Notes under the pieces: model-generated | What the model was told of the DNA's origin: nothing | Database searches by the model: none | Seen by the model: the letters and a program-made list of their open reading frames with translations, nothing else | NCBI GenBank assembly: GCA_030429445.1 | Contig: JAUIFG010000003.1 | Coordinates: 9,099 to 73,098, forward strand | Reading direction: 5' to 3' | DNA from: a bacterium | GTDB taxonomy: Bacteria > Patescibacteriota > Saccharimonadia > Saccharimonadales > Saccharimonadaceae | Length of the DNA: 64,000 nt | Program-made: the position numbers and the translations under genes | Part shown: positions 1-8,290 of the stretch, piece by piece | Layout of the letters: the number at the start of each line of letters is the position of its first letter | How positions within the stretch are numbered: position 1 is the first letter of the stretch

Positions 1-541
1 CATCATCTTGCCTGTACTGCTCTTGCAGGTAACATATGACTGGGTCGAGCTCTTGCCACACATTGCTATAGACAACAAACCCACCCGAACGTGAATTATT
101 ACGGTTAATAGGTGGCAGCTGGAAGAAATCACCCGACATAACAACCTGAATACCACCAAACGGCTCATCCGGCTCTTCGCGTACCAAGCGACATGCCATA
201 TCAACCATATCCAAACGATAATCATGAAGCATGCTAATCTCATCAATAATCAACACATCCGTCTTTTCGATAATATCTCGCCTGCCCTTGCTAACATGGT
301 CAGCAAACCCACTAGGCAACTCGTCCAATACACCAATACCTGCCCAAGAATGTATCGTTGTTCCGCCCAAATGAGTCGCAGCCAAGCCTGTCGTCGCGGT
401 TATTGATACGTGCTTGCCATCTGCCTTTGCGTAACGAATGAATTGATTCAACAGATGAGTTTTACCCGCTCCTGCCGGACCAGTTAACAAGACGCTCTCT
501 CCCGCCAACATAATTTCAAGTGCCAAAGCTTGATTCATCAT
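1..541 (-). CDS. PIF1/RecD-like P-loop DNA helicase, N-terminal part (gene runs off the left edge of the window)
   Basis: Absent from the ORF track because no stop is reached. Manual minus-strand translation from ATG 541/538 gives MMNQALALEIMLAGESVLLTGPAGAGKTHLLNQFIRYAKADGKHVSITATTGLAATHLGGTTIHSWAGIG...DVLIIDEISMLH. It has a Walker A (GPAGAGKT) and a Walker B-like LIIDEISM, typical of the AAA_30/Pif1 family. Confidence 0.7.
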   Translation of the reverse strand, partial: MMNQALALEIMLAGESVLLTGPAGAGKTHLLNQFIRYAKADGKHVSITATTGLAATHLGGTTIHSWAGIGVLDELPSGFADHVSKGRRDIIEKTDVLIIDEISMLHDYRLDMVDMACRLVREEPDEPFGGIQVVMSGDFFQLPPINRNNSRSGGFVVYSNVWQELDPVICYLQEQYRQDD

Positions 542-640
542 CTTATTATAACCTCTCGTGACATGCATGGAGGGTTATCTAATTGTTGTTATTACATTCT
601 TAACGATTATTACTGACTGCCACGCCTGTCTACTCGTACC

Positions 641-2224
641 CTAGTTCGGACCGACGCCGCTCGTTGGTGGCGAGGGAGGAGGTGGAGGTAACGTAGATTC
701 TGAATCTACAACCATCGCCTTCCTTCTTGATTTTCGTCTCATAATAATCACAATTGTTCCTAGCACGGCCATACCCGCAACAACAACACTGCCAATCAAT
801 AGCAATCCCCCACCTTGCCCCGCAGAGACAACCGTTTTTTGCTCATCCTCAGGATAAGTAATCGTGTTTGAACCATCAATTTTTGCCGTTGCATATATCC
901 AATCGTCAATATAGCGAGCATTGCCCCAAGAATTTGAATTATATTGCCAACCGTGAACGCCACCAGCACTCTCGAAGCATGCCCGACCATCAAGTTCTGA
1001 CGTTATCAATGCGCTATTTGCCAGGGGGCTCAGTTCGGTGTCATTCCAACACAAGCGGTTATTGGGTGCATTCGCACCGTTTACGCGAATTAATTCGAGC
1101 CCGTCTCTACCCTCTACATCGACAGCGACGAAATGGATCTCAGCCACCTTTGTAATCTCAACCTTGATTCCTATTTTTTGAGACGGAGCAATTATCCGTC
1201 CCTGCTTGTCAACGCCTTGAAAATACACTTTTTGCAAACTAGTTGATAGCTCCTTCATCTGCTTAAACAAAACTACGTCGTTCTGGCCATCAAAACCACC
1301 GTCATTATCAACATCTATTTTGACTTGATACTGACCGATGAAATTGCGCAAAAAGAAAGTTACATCACCCGATAGCTGATCCTCTGTGTCGTCGGCAGTA
1401 AAGTGAAGTTCACTTATCTCTGGCTTTTTTATTAATGGCCTCACCCACTCTTTTGACTCATCCGGCAGTATTGATTCTGCCGGCAAGCTACCAGAAGGTT
1501 CCTCAAAGAATAACTTATACCGATTCCCACACGAACCAAGCGCCGGTGACAGCGACTCATTATCTACAGGTGCGCTCTGATATGCCGATATACACTCTTT
1601 ATCCTTGCGCACCCCTATCGAATCCGCTGATAAGATAGATATCTGACCGTTGTAACCATGGTGAATTGCCCTATATATATAGCCATCTTCGCTGACATAG
1701 TGCGTTGTAAAATCACTGGTAAATTCACTACCTGGAGGTTGTCTAAACGCATATCTATCGCTCCATGCACGCCCCTTCTGTTCACCATCCGTACCAGTTA
1801 CCATTATTTTCCACGTATACAAATTCCTCACCCAAAGAACATCATCAGATGCCTCTTTGTGTGCCCTTGCCTTATCATCCGGATCAAAAACTATCGTCCA
1901 AATTCCAGATTTTGTCGCTGTTTGTGCCGAAAAAATACAACCGGAACCAACTGCAGCATCCTTCTTTAATACGCATTTTTTTTGTTTTGTATCTGGACCA
2001 TTCATGGTTACCGTCACGTCATCAGAAGGAAAAGCTTCCTGTATATGTTGAGACAATGTAAACTGTGCCGAGATTCGCTCGCCTGCTTTTACGTACACAA
2101 AGAACGTATTATCGGATCCGACAAAGTGACTCGGATGAGAAGAAATCGCACCTACTGTTTGCGTTGATGCAAACAGACTGATACTAAATACTAGAAAAAG
2201 GACTGATAAAACAAACCTATGCAT
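641..2224 (-). CDS. Secreted, C-terminally anchored surface protein, function unknown (527 aa)
   Basis: Dominant ORF in the region. N-terminal signal peptide MHRFVLSVLFLVFSISLFAST. The C-terminus is a Gly run, a hydrophobic helix, RRKSRRK and a Pro-rich tail (PPPPPSPP). No family recognised. Confidence 0.65.
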   Translation of the reverse strand: MHRFVLSVLFLVFSISLFASTQTVGAISSHPSHFVGSDNTFFVYVKAGERISAQFTLSQHIQEAFPSDDVTVTMNGPDTKQKKCVLKKDAAVGSGCIFSAQTATKSGIWTIVFDPDDKARAHKEASDDVLWVRNLYTWKIMVTGTDGEQKGRAWSDRYAFRQPPGSEFTSDFTTHYVSEDGYIYRAIHHGYNGQISILSADSIGVRKDKECISAYQSAPVDNESLSPALGSCGNRYKLFFEEPSGSLPAESILPDESKEWVRPLIKKPEISELHFTADDTEDQLSGDVTFFLRNFIGQYQVKIDVDNDGGFDGQNDVVLFKQMKELSTSLQKVYFQGVDKQGRIIAPSQKIGIKVEITKVAEIHFVAVDVEGRDGLELIRVNGANAPNNRLCWNDTELSPLANSALITSELDGRACFESAGGVHGWQYNSNSWGNARYIDDWIYATAKIDGSNTITYPEDEQKTVVSAGQGGGLLLIGSVVVAGMAVLGTIVIIMRRKSRRKAMVVDSESTLPPPPPSPPTSGVGPN

Positions 2225-2262
2225 ATACTAATAGCATAACCCTTATAGAGCGAAAAATAAAG

Positions 2263-2718
2263 CTACGACAACGAGATACTTACCGGACTTTCATCCAAAA
2301 AATTCACTTCGTCAAACAATTCAAGTTCACGAATCGCTATCTTGTACAGGTGATGTTTATTTTTACCAGCAACCATTCTTTCATACAGCCCCTTTGCCGT
2401 GTCACCATATTTCTCATTGTACTGTTCCAGTACTTCTTTTTGCTCATCATGATCAATAACTTTTGATGCCTCTCCTGAAAACTGGATACCAACAACGGGC
2501 AAATCTGCCTTGACTACAATCGCTCCACCTACAAGTGGATTTTTGACGATATCAAGACTATGCCGCCGTGTCGCTTCGCTCAGCCAGTAGACAAATCGTA
2601 AATCCCTTGATGCAACATAGTACAAGCTATTAGCGCGGGGTTGATCATCATGCAGAGTCGCCAACTGCATAACTTTACCCTCTTCCATGTAGCGTCCCGC
2701 TAGTTCTTTCGGATTCAT
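2263..2718 (-). CDS. Pyridoxamine 5'-phosphate oxidase-like FMN-binding protein (general-stress-protein-26-like)
   Basis: 151 aa. The N-terminal pattern GKVMQLATLHDDQPRANSLYYV...YWLSEATRRHSLDI resembles the PNPOx-like split-barrel fold family. Confidence 0.55.
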   Translation of the reverse strand: MNPKELAGRYMEEGKVMQLATLHDDQPRANSLYYVASRDLRFVYWLSEATRRHSLDIVKNPLVGGAIVVKADLPVVGIQFSGEASKVIDHDEQKEVLEQYNEKYGDTAKGLYERMVAGKNKHHLYKIAIRELELFDEVNFLDESPVSISLS

Positions 2719-2722
2719 ATAC

Positions 2723-3163
2723 TCACTCGACCTTTTGTGGCGCCATCAGACCCATCTTGCGCGCCTTGTTTGCCCATTCGTCTGCCATTTCGTTACCTTC
2801 ATCACCCTCGTGGCCTCGTACCCAGATAAGTTCGGCCTTGGACTGTTGATGAAGAGGAAAAACATCCTGCACAATATCCAGGTTCTTTATTTCTCCACCC
2901 TTCTTTTTCCAGCCTTTTGCTTGCCAACCGAATGCCCACTTCGTAATAACGTTAATCCAAAATTCGCTATCTGTATATATCTGACACTCCTCACCGTCGG
3001 CGTCCTCTAGCGCAGCTTTGATCGCCAAACCCTCCATGCGAATATTTGTTGTTTCTTCTGCTGGCTCACCCCCAACAATGTGCGGCTTGCCATCACGAAT
3101 AACAGAAAATCCACCAGGACCTGGGTTTGGACTCGCACTCCCATCTGTATAATAAGTTATCAT
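2723..3163 (-). CDS. rnhA: Ribonuclease HI
   Basis: Motifs YTDGSASPNPGPGGF, TNIRMEGLA, IYTDSEF and GHEGDEGNEMADEWA match the RNase H DEDD signature. Start moved to MITYYTDGS (ATG 3163), because the ORF-track extension to 3220 is hydrophobic read-through. Confidence 0.85.
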   Translation of the reverse strand: MITYYTDGSASPNPGPGGFSVIRDGKPHIVGGEPAEETTNIRMEGLAIKAALEDADGEECQIYTDSEFWINVITKWAFGWQAKGWKKKGGEIKNLDIVQDVFPLHQQSKAELIWVRGHEGDEGNEMADEWANKARKMGLMAPQKVE

Positions 3164-3208
3164 TTTACCAGTATACCAAGTTGTTTTTATATTATTTGGC
3201 AAAACTAC

Positions 3209-3214
3209 TATAAT
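3209..3214 (+). promoter_or_regulatory. -10 box TATAAT lying 6 nt upstream of the ATG of the PafA/Dop-like gene (putative leaderless transcript)
   Basis: TATAAT at 3209-3214, then ACACAT, then ATG at 3221. No Shine-Dalgarno motif in between. Confidence 0.4.
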
Positions 3215-3220
3215 ACACAT

Positions 3221-4612
3221 ATGGAAAAGACAGGAAAGCGAAGGATTAAGCCTTCATCATTTTTTACTAACGAGCCACCCGAGCGCATAGTGGGCGTCGA
3301 GTGTGAGTACAATATACAAAATACTATTAGCGAAACTAAAAAACCTGACATTTCGGAATATATTTCACAGCAGGCAATGGAAAGTGCAGGAATTCAAAGT
3401 ATTCGAGGATACACTGATAATGGATACAGGATATATAGCGATATGGGACATGCAGAGTGTTGCACTCCAGAATGTCTAGGTCCTTATCAAGCAGCAGCCG
3501 CTGACCTGGCGGGTATTGCCATAATGTCATCAATCATTGAAGCTTCGGGTGTTGACCATAATGGAGTTTACAGAGTTAGTGGAACATGGCCTAGCGGTAA
3601 CACAAATACTACCAGCGGTCTTCATGAGAACTTCATGGCTCCTGCAAGTATTGCCTACAGCTTGTTATTAAAATCACTGCTACCTACATATTATGCTACT
3701 AGGCTTGGCACCATGGCTGGAACTATAGTAGATAATCAATTCAGATTTTCCCAAAAAATACACGGCATTGGAGGTGACCCACTGTCATGGAGAACAGATG
3801 GCCGCAGAACTGCACACAGCAATAAACCAATGGCTTTATTGCTAAGCAACGATATAGACACTATTGATTCAGGCTGGTTAAGGCTAGAAACCAGATTTGC
3901 AGACGGGCCCATTTCTCTAGAATCAAGACGCCACGCCCTTGCAACAACCTCATTGATACTCCGGATGATAGAAAATGAAGAATTATTCATGGGAGACAAA
4001 CCAAAAGACATAGGTAACTTTGACGATATAATTATTGTTCGCCCATTAGAGGCGGCACAGAAGTTTATGTCTGATTTGTCATTAAAATCAACCGTATTAG
4101 TAGAATCTGGCAAACGAATGACCATGCTTGATATACAAGAACAGCTTGCAAAAAATGTTTTGTACTTGTGTGATCGAGTGAATTTACCATCAGATGAAGT
4201 AACTGCTGCAAATAAGTGGCCAGAAATATATGACGCATTTAGACGAAGCAATCCATTAAAAGCAGAGTACGATAGATACTTGCTGTACGATTTTGGCGTA
4301 GCCTCTAAACATAGTTGGCTAACCCATAAAAAGGATGCTTTCACAAAGGGCGACCTTGAAGCAAAAACAAGATCTCTTCAGTGGGACAGAGTCATTCCAA
4401 GAGGTAACGCACTATCTCTATTAGAAAAAACCTGTGACGATCCACAAATTGAAGTACTTAAACGGTCTGCCCCCAATACTCGTGCAAAATTAAGATCAAA
4501 TTTTATCTCAAATAACGACTCAGCCGAAGACATAGGGTATCTAAATTGGAGATACGTAAAAAAGGACGGTATAGAAAGAAATTTCGGTGACGCATTTGGT
4601 ACTATAAACTAG
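3221..4612 (+). CDS. Pup ligase/deamidase family protein (PafA/Dop homologue, glutamine-synthetase-like fold)
   Basis: 463 aa from MEKTGKRR. RIVGVECEYNI matches GIETE[FY]G, YRIYSDMGHAECCTPEC matches LYLDVGSHPEYATAEC, GLHENFMAP matches GCHENY, LLPTYYATRL matches LLPFLVTRQL, and APNTRAKLRSNFIS matches TTRARLRGEFIS of M. tuberculosis PafA as I remember it. The ORF-track start at 3080 overlaps rnhA and was rejected. Confidence 0.8.
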   Translation: MEKTGKRRIKPSSFFTNEPPERIVGVECEYNIQNTISETKKPDISEYISQQAMESAGIQSIRGYTDNGYRIYSDMGHAECCTPECLGPYQAAAADLAGIAIMSSIIEASGVDHNGVYRVSGTWPSGNTNTTSGLHENFMAPASIAYSLLLKSLLPTYYATRLGTMAGTIVDNQFRFSQKIHGIGGDPLSWRTDGRRTAHSNKPMALLLSNDIDTIDSGWLRLETRFADGPISLESRRHALATTSLILRMIENEELFMGDKPKDIGNFDDIIIVRPLEAAQKFMSDLSLKSTVLVESGKRMTMLDIQEQLAKNVLYLCDRVNLPSDEVTAANKWPEIYDAFRRSNPLKAEYDRYLLYDFGVASKHSWLTHKKDAFTKGDLEAKTRSLQWDRVIPRGNALSLLEKTCDDPQIEVLKRSAPNTRAKLRSNFISNNDSAEDIGYLNWRYVKKDGIERNFGDAFGTIN

Positions 4613-4613
4613 G

Positions 4614-4823
4614 CTACTGACCTCCCTTTTGAATATAGCCTCTAACGAATTCTTCAGCATTCTCTTCTAGTACTTCATCAATCTCGTCTAATATTCCATC
4701 AGTGTCCTCGCTCAATTTCTCGCGACGCTCTTGACCTGCTGTAGCATCAGAAAATTCCTCACTAGCTTCATCCCTATCTTCGTATTTTTTGCGAAATTGT
4801 CCACCCGACTCTAAATTACCCAT
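4614..4823 (-). CDS. pup: Prokaryotic ubiquitin-like protein Pup (C-terminal GGQ)
   Basis: 69 aa, acidic. The C-terminal half AGQERREKLSEDTDGILDEIDEVLEENAEEFVRGYIQKGGQ-stop closely matches remembered actinobacterial Pup. Codons GGA GGT CAG TAG were verified on the minus strand at 4625-4614. A weak SD (AGGGG) lies 7 nt upstream of the ATG. Confidence 0.85.
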   Translation of the reverse strand: MGNLESGGQFRKKYEDRDEASEEFSDATAGQERREKLSEDTDGILDEIDEVLEENAEEFVRGYIQKGGQ

Positions 4824-4887
4824 TGATGCCCCTGTCTATTATTGTTTACATTTTACTATCGTTGGTTCCTCCGCACAAATTCGCCAA

Positions 4888-5634
4888 CTAATCCTCACCG
4901 ACTTCTCTATAGTGTTTTTTTAGATATCTTTGCATAGAATTCTTTCGCAACACACGAACGCCCTCATGTAATGGATTAGCGGCTCTAACTTCATCAGGAA
5001 AATCGTTCGTCTTTGCTGGAACATCAGCATTTAGTAAGTACTTTCTGATCATATTCTCTGCAATCCTCCTGAGCCCATCACTCAATTGACCGTTGTGCTG
5101 CTCTTGCGGAGGTACGAGTAGACTGTATACACCGGCACGATGTGCCGCTACAACATCAGTCAATATGCTGTCACCTACCATCAATATCCTCTCTTTTGGC
5201 AAGCGTTTTTTTCTGACAACATAATCAATCATCGCAAGAAGTGTGTGGCGTGCACGGATTACTGGACTCGGATCAACCTCAACCCGTAGGATCTCGGGGC
5301 AAACAATATCAATGTCTAACGCGCGTCTCCCTACCTCACTCTCCAGTTCATCCTGACGACGCTCGCCCTCTTCATTCAACATATACAAATCTAAGCCTAT
5401 TTGAGACATCTTCCGCATGTTTTCGCGAACCTTAACCTGATCAACTGTCTCACAATCAGAAATGAGAGCGACCCTCGAATCGAATAGAACAGTATCGAAA
5501 TCACCAAGTATTTGACCCTCTCCAAAATCAGCTGATGTTATCATTTCGACACTACTAGCAATGTATGTAGGCTGTAGCTGCTCAAAACATTGCTTCACAA
5601 CCCCCATTATGCTCCTCCTTAAAATAGGTTTCAA
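4888..5634 (-). CDS. HAD-superfamily (YqeG/IIIA-like) phosphatase
   Basis: ILMVGDSILTDVVAAHRAGVYSLLVPP matches the YqeG-type motif GDQLLTDVLGGNRNG..ILV.P. Motif I looks degenerate (LFDSRV). The start is uncertain (alternative M at 5607). Confidence 0.55.
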   Translation of the reverse strand: MKPILRRSIMGVVKQCFEQLQPTYIASSVEMITSADFGEGQILGDFDTVLFDSRVALISDCETVDQVKVRENMRKMSQIGLDLYMLNEEGERRQDELESEVGRRALDIDIVCPEILRVEVDPSPVIRARHTLLAMIDYVVRKKRLPKERILMVGDSILTDVVAAHRAGVYSLLVPPQEQHNGQLSDGLRRIAENMIRKYLLNADVPAKTNDFPDEVRAANPLHEGVRVLRKNSMQRYLKKHYREVGED

Positions 5635-5654
5635 CCATAATTTGCAAAAATTAT

Positions 5655-6533
5655 TTAGAAATCGACTCGCGTATCCAAAACTCTTGTACCAAAACCTTTT
5701 AGCTCGAAATGATCGTCATACAGCTCACTGATTCCATACGCATTCGTAACTCCACTCAACATCCCCGGTAATGTAATATATAGCGCCTTTTCTCGAGTCA
5801 AACCATACGCGCCACCATGATTGTGTCCATTCAGAAAGACTCTTGTATTATCATGATTGTGTATAACTTCCATGATTTTGTCATTGTTGAGCGCACTAAG
5901 CGAATTGTGCGGAAATATCTGATGGTGCGCCATTGGAATAGCCCATTGACCGTCTTTTTCAGCATCAGTTAGCTCCTGATCAAACCATTCCAACTGTTGA
6001 TCGCTGAGACCTCCGTTCCATTCATGAGCATTAATTGCGCCCCTCCCTCGCATTCGATTTAAAAATATGTGTCCTGCCTTCCATTCGGGACTTCCGACAG
6101 GGTGTTCTAACGGACCAAGTTCATTTGTATCTAGCATAATCAAACGGCTTCTGCCTTTTTGTACAGAATAGTAGTTACTCGGCATGTTATAGAGTGACAA
6201 CAATCCTTGCATTGTTGCTCGCGGGTCTGTCCATTCATGATTGCCAAATAAGTGCAGTACTCGCACACCCACCCTGCCCAAAATACGATTGAGCCTGTGT
6301 GCCTCATCCATATCACGATCATAAAAATCACCCAGATGGACGACATAATCAAGGCGCTTTTCTTTTTTGTACGCTAAAAATGTATCGACGGCTTCTTCTA
6401 ATTTTTGCTCCGACATACGATAACAATTGCGGAAACGAGAGCCCGATGCGCCACGTATCACACCCTCCGTATCGTCAGCATCTGCGAACTGACAATCCGC
6501 AATGACGCCATAAGAGACCTCGGGTTTTTTCAT
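5655..6533 (-). CDS. Calcineurin-like metallophosphoesterase
   Basis: Signature motifs GVIADCQFAD, VVHLGDFYD, GNHEW and NGHNHGG. Confidence 0.75.
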   Translation of the reverse strand: MKKPEVSYGVIADCQFADADDTEGVIRGASGSRFRNCYRMSEQKLEEAVDTFLAYKKEKRLDYVVHLGDFYDRDMDEAHRLNRILGRVGVRVLHLFGNHEWTDPRATMQGLLSLYNMPSNYYSVQKGRSRLIMLDTNELGPLEHPVGSPEWKAGHIFLNRMRGRGAINAHEWNGGLSDQQLEWFDQELTDAEKDGQWAIPMAHHQIFPHNSLSALNNDKIMEVIHNHDNTRVFLNGHNHGGAYGLTREKALYITLPGMLSGVTNAYGISELYDDHFELKGFGTRVLDTRVDF

Positions 6534-7087
6534 GCTATCAGTTTATCAGATTGTGCCTCTATGGTCTCTATCGAACGTGTGGGGCGAAAACGCAACCAAG
6601 TCTGCGGCGGAATATCAAACCTCACCACCGCTACAGCAAGCGACGCAAATGTTATCAAATCAGCTGTTGCACCCAAATACGATCCATTCAATATATTGTA
6701 AGTTAGCCAAAATGGCGCGATAGTTAGTGAGATCAATCGAATGTGCCGCGGATTTTTTTGCCACACTGCAACCGTCGCCAGTATCATACCAATGAGCGCC
6801 ATAATACTTGTCCAATCCTTCCATGTAACAAGCGTTGCGACTGCAAATGCAACTATAAATAGACCAAGTATCCATTCATGCTGACGAAACTTATCAAATG
6901 CGTAGCTCCGTAACGCACCTAGAAATACCAATCCAGAACCGGTAAATGCGCCCATAGCCATATAATGAGCCGCCCAGACAAGACATGACAAGATTTGAAC
7001 TCGTAGCATCCCCTGTCGATTGTTGACCTGAAACATCAAGACCAACAAAAAAACACCTACCAGTCCTAGCAGTTGACCAACAAGCAT
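6530..7087 (-). CDS. YgjV-like inner membrane protein
   Basis: 185 aa with about 5 hydrophobic helices. The overall pattern resembles E. coli YgjV. It overlaps the downstream gene by 4 nt. Confidence 0.5.
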   Translation of the reverse strand: MLVGQLLGLVGVFLLVLMFQVNNRQGMLRVQILSCLVWAAHYMAMGAFTGSGLVFLGALRSYAFDKFRQHEWILGLFIVAFAVATLVTWKDWTSIMALIGMILATVAVWQKNPRHIRLISLTIAPFWLTYNILNGSYLGATADLITFASLAVAVVRFDIPPQTWLRFRPTRSIETIEAQSDKLIA

Positions 7088-7212
7088 TCTTTACCCTCGA
7101 TTCTCCGAATTGTCCCGCAAATGTGCGAGTTACAGCATCATAATACCACCTGATATATCCTTTTGAATACGCTAATTTTGATGATGTTTTCCACAGATAC
7201 TTTAAAAGATGT

Positions 7213-7247
7213 AAAAAGGCGCCGTACCCGAGGGTCGTACGCCTTTA
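7213..7247 (-). terminator. Imperfect hairpin with T-run downstream of the sortase gene
   Basis: AAGGCG...CGCCTT outer stem with an inner CCC/GGG stem. On the minus strand it is followed by TTTTT. Confidence 0.45.
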
Positions 7248-7266
7248 TTACTACCTTGAAGGATGG

Positions 7267-7932
7267 TCACCGAGGCTCTGCACGAACAAGATATGCAACA
7301 ACAACAGTTCCTGCATTTTCCTTGCTATTGCACGTCACCAAGACAATTTTATCTGGCTCCTGCCCATAGACAAGCTCACTCGTTGGAATCTCTTCGTATT
7401 GAATCAGCCTAGGCTCAACTGCCTCATAGATAAACGTGCCGTTTTCAGTCTCAGCAATGATTGCATCTCCTTGACGAACGGCAGGCAGATCATTAAAGAC
7501 CTGCTGGCTAGTGTCATTCCAGTTGGAATGACCATAGACCAATACCGCATCACTTGATGGCACTGACGGCAAGGCACGAGCGCCATACCATGCAGCCTGA
7601 TTCATTACTGGAGGATCTATACAGACAGTGGCACCGTGACAATACGGCGACTCACGAGGCCATGTCTCGCCAGAAAATCCTACATCAATGCCAACGGATG
7701 GTATCCGTAAATTGACGAGAGCTTTCGGTTCGATGACAACAGATAATTCTTCTGCCGTCGCCTCACTCCGCTCCTTTGCATCCTGCAAGATTTGCGTCAA
7801 TTCATTTGAGGAATCAACGCGCTGAGGCAATGGCTCTGTTTGCCAGGAAGCAACCCACAATGCAACACTCACCATTAGACAAACAACAAACGCTAGACTA
7901 AAAAATAGTCGTAAGCTGAGAAGTTTCATCAT
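7267..7932 (-). CDS. Sortase-family transpeptidase
   Basis: N-terminal membrane anchor. Catalytic triad context: VYGHSN (His), IVLVTCNS (Cys), YLVRAEPR (Arg). Confidence 0.8.
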   Translation of the reverse strand: MMKLLSLRLFFSLAFVVCLMVSVALWVASWQTEPLPQRVDSSNELTQILQDAKERSEATAEELSVVIEPKALVNLRIPSVGIDVGFSGETWPRESPYCHGATVCIDPPVMNQAAWYGARALPSVPSSDAVLVYGHSNWNDTSQQVFNDLPAVRQGDAIIAETENGTFIYEAVEPRLIQYEEIPTSELVYGQEPDKIVLVTCNSKENAGTVVVAYLVRAEPR

Positions 7933-8002
7933 TCTCCTTCCGTAGCTGAAATGTGCAAGCCAAAAGCCTTAGTATATTATAACATATTTACATACTATTT
8001 AC

Positions 8003-8042
8003 AAAATAAAATAGCCTGGCGGTAATTGCACCGCCAGGCTAT
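8003..8042 (-). terminator. Rho-independent terminator
   Basis: Perfect 12-bp stem ATAGCCTGGCGG / CCGCCAGGCTAT (8011-8042) with an 8-nt loop. On the minus strand it is followed by TTTATTTT. Confidence 0.8.
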
Positions 8043-8070
8043 TAACTTTTAAACTGGATGAGATTCCTTG

Positions 8071-8241
8071 CTAGGGCCGTTGATCAATGGTCCTGCGCCT
8101 TGATTTACGAACCATGTTCACCATCAAAGCAATGATAAACAAAGCTGCAACAACTAGCATCAAGTAGCTAGCGTACTGCATTGCAACGAAACCACCACCA
8201 CCGACAGTGACGCCTGTTCCGATGTGAGGACCATAAGGCAT
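8071..8241 (-). CDS. Small (56 aa) single-pass membrane peptide
   Basis: Found by hand (below the 60-aa cutoff of the ORF track): MPYGPHIGTGVTVGGGGFVAMQYASYLMLVVAALFIIALMVNMVRKSRRRTIDQRP. GGAGGTGG lies 5 nt upstream of the ATG at 8241. It sits between the GT2 gene and a strong terminator. Confidence 0.5.
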   Translation of the reverse strand: MPYGPHIGTGVTVGGGGFVAMQYASYLMLVVAALFIIALMVNMVRKSRRRTIDQRP

Positions 8242-8290
8242 TTAACCACCTCCTTCTATACTTGCAGAAATTGCTCCGGGAGACTTACGA

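Noticed and set aside
3080-3220. ORF-track start at 3080 for the PafA/Dop-like gene
   Set aside because: The first 47 codons overlap the rnhA coding region on the opposite strand and are not homologous to the family. ATG 3221 follows a TATAAT box, and family similarity begins about 20 residues later.
3736-4344. 202-aa minus-strand ORF inside the PafA/Dop-like gene
   Set aside because: It is antisense to a gene with clear family motifs. Its translation is low-complexity and Ser/Leu-rich, with no start context. It is a shadow ORF.
4888-6533. Possible functional link of the HAD phosphatase and the metallophosphoesterase to the Pup module
   Set aside because: They are merely adjacent on the chromosome. 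I know of no association of these families with pupylation, and the intergenic spacing (64 nt) allows independent expression.
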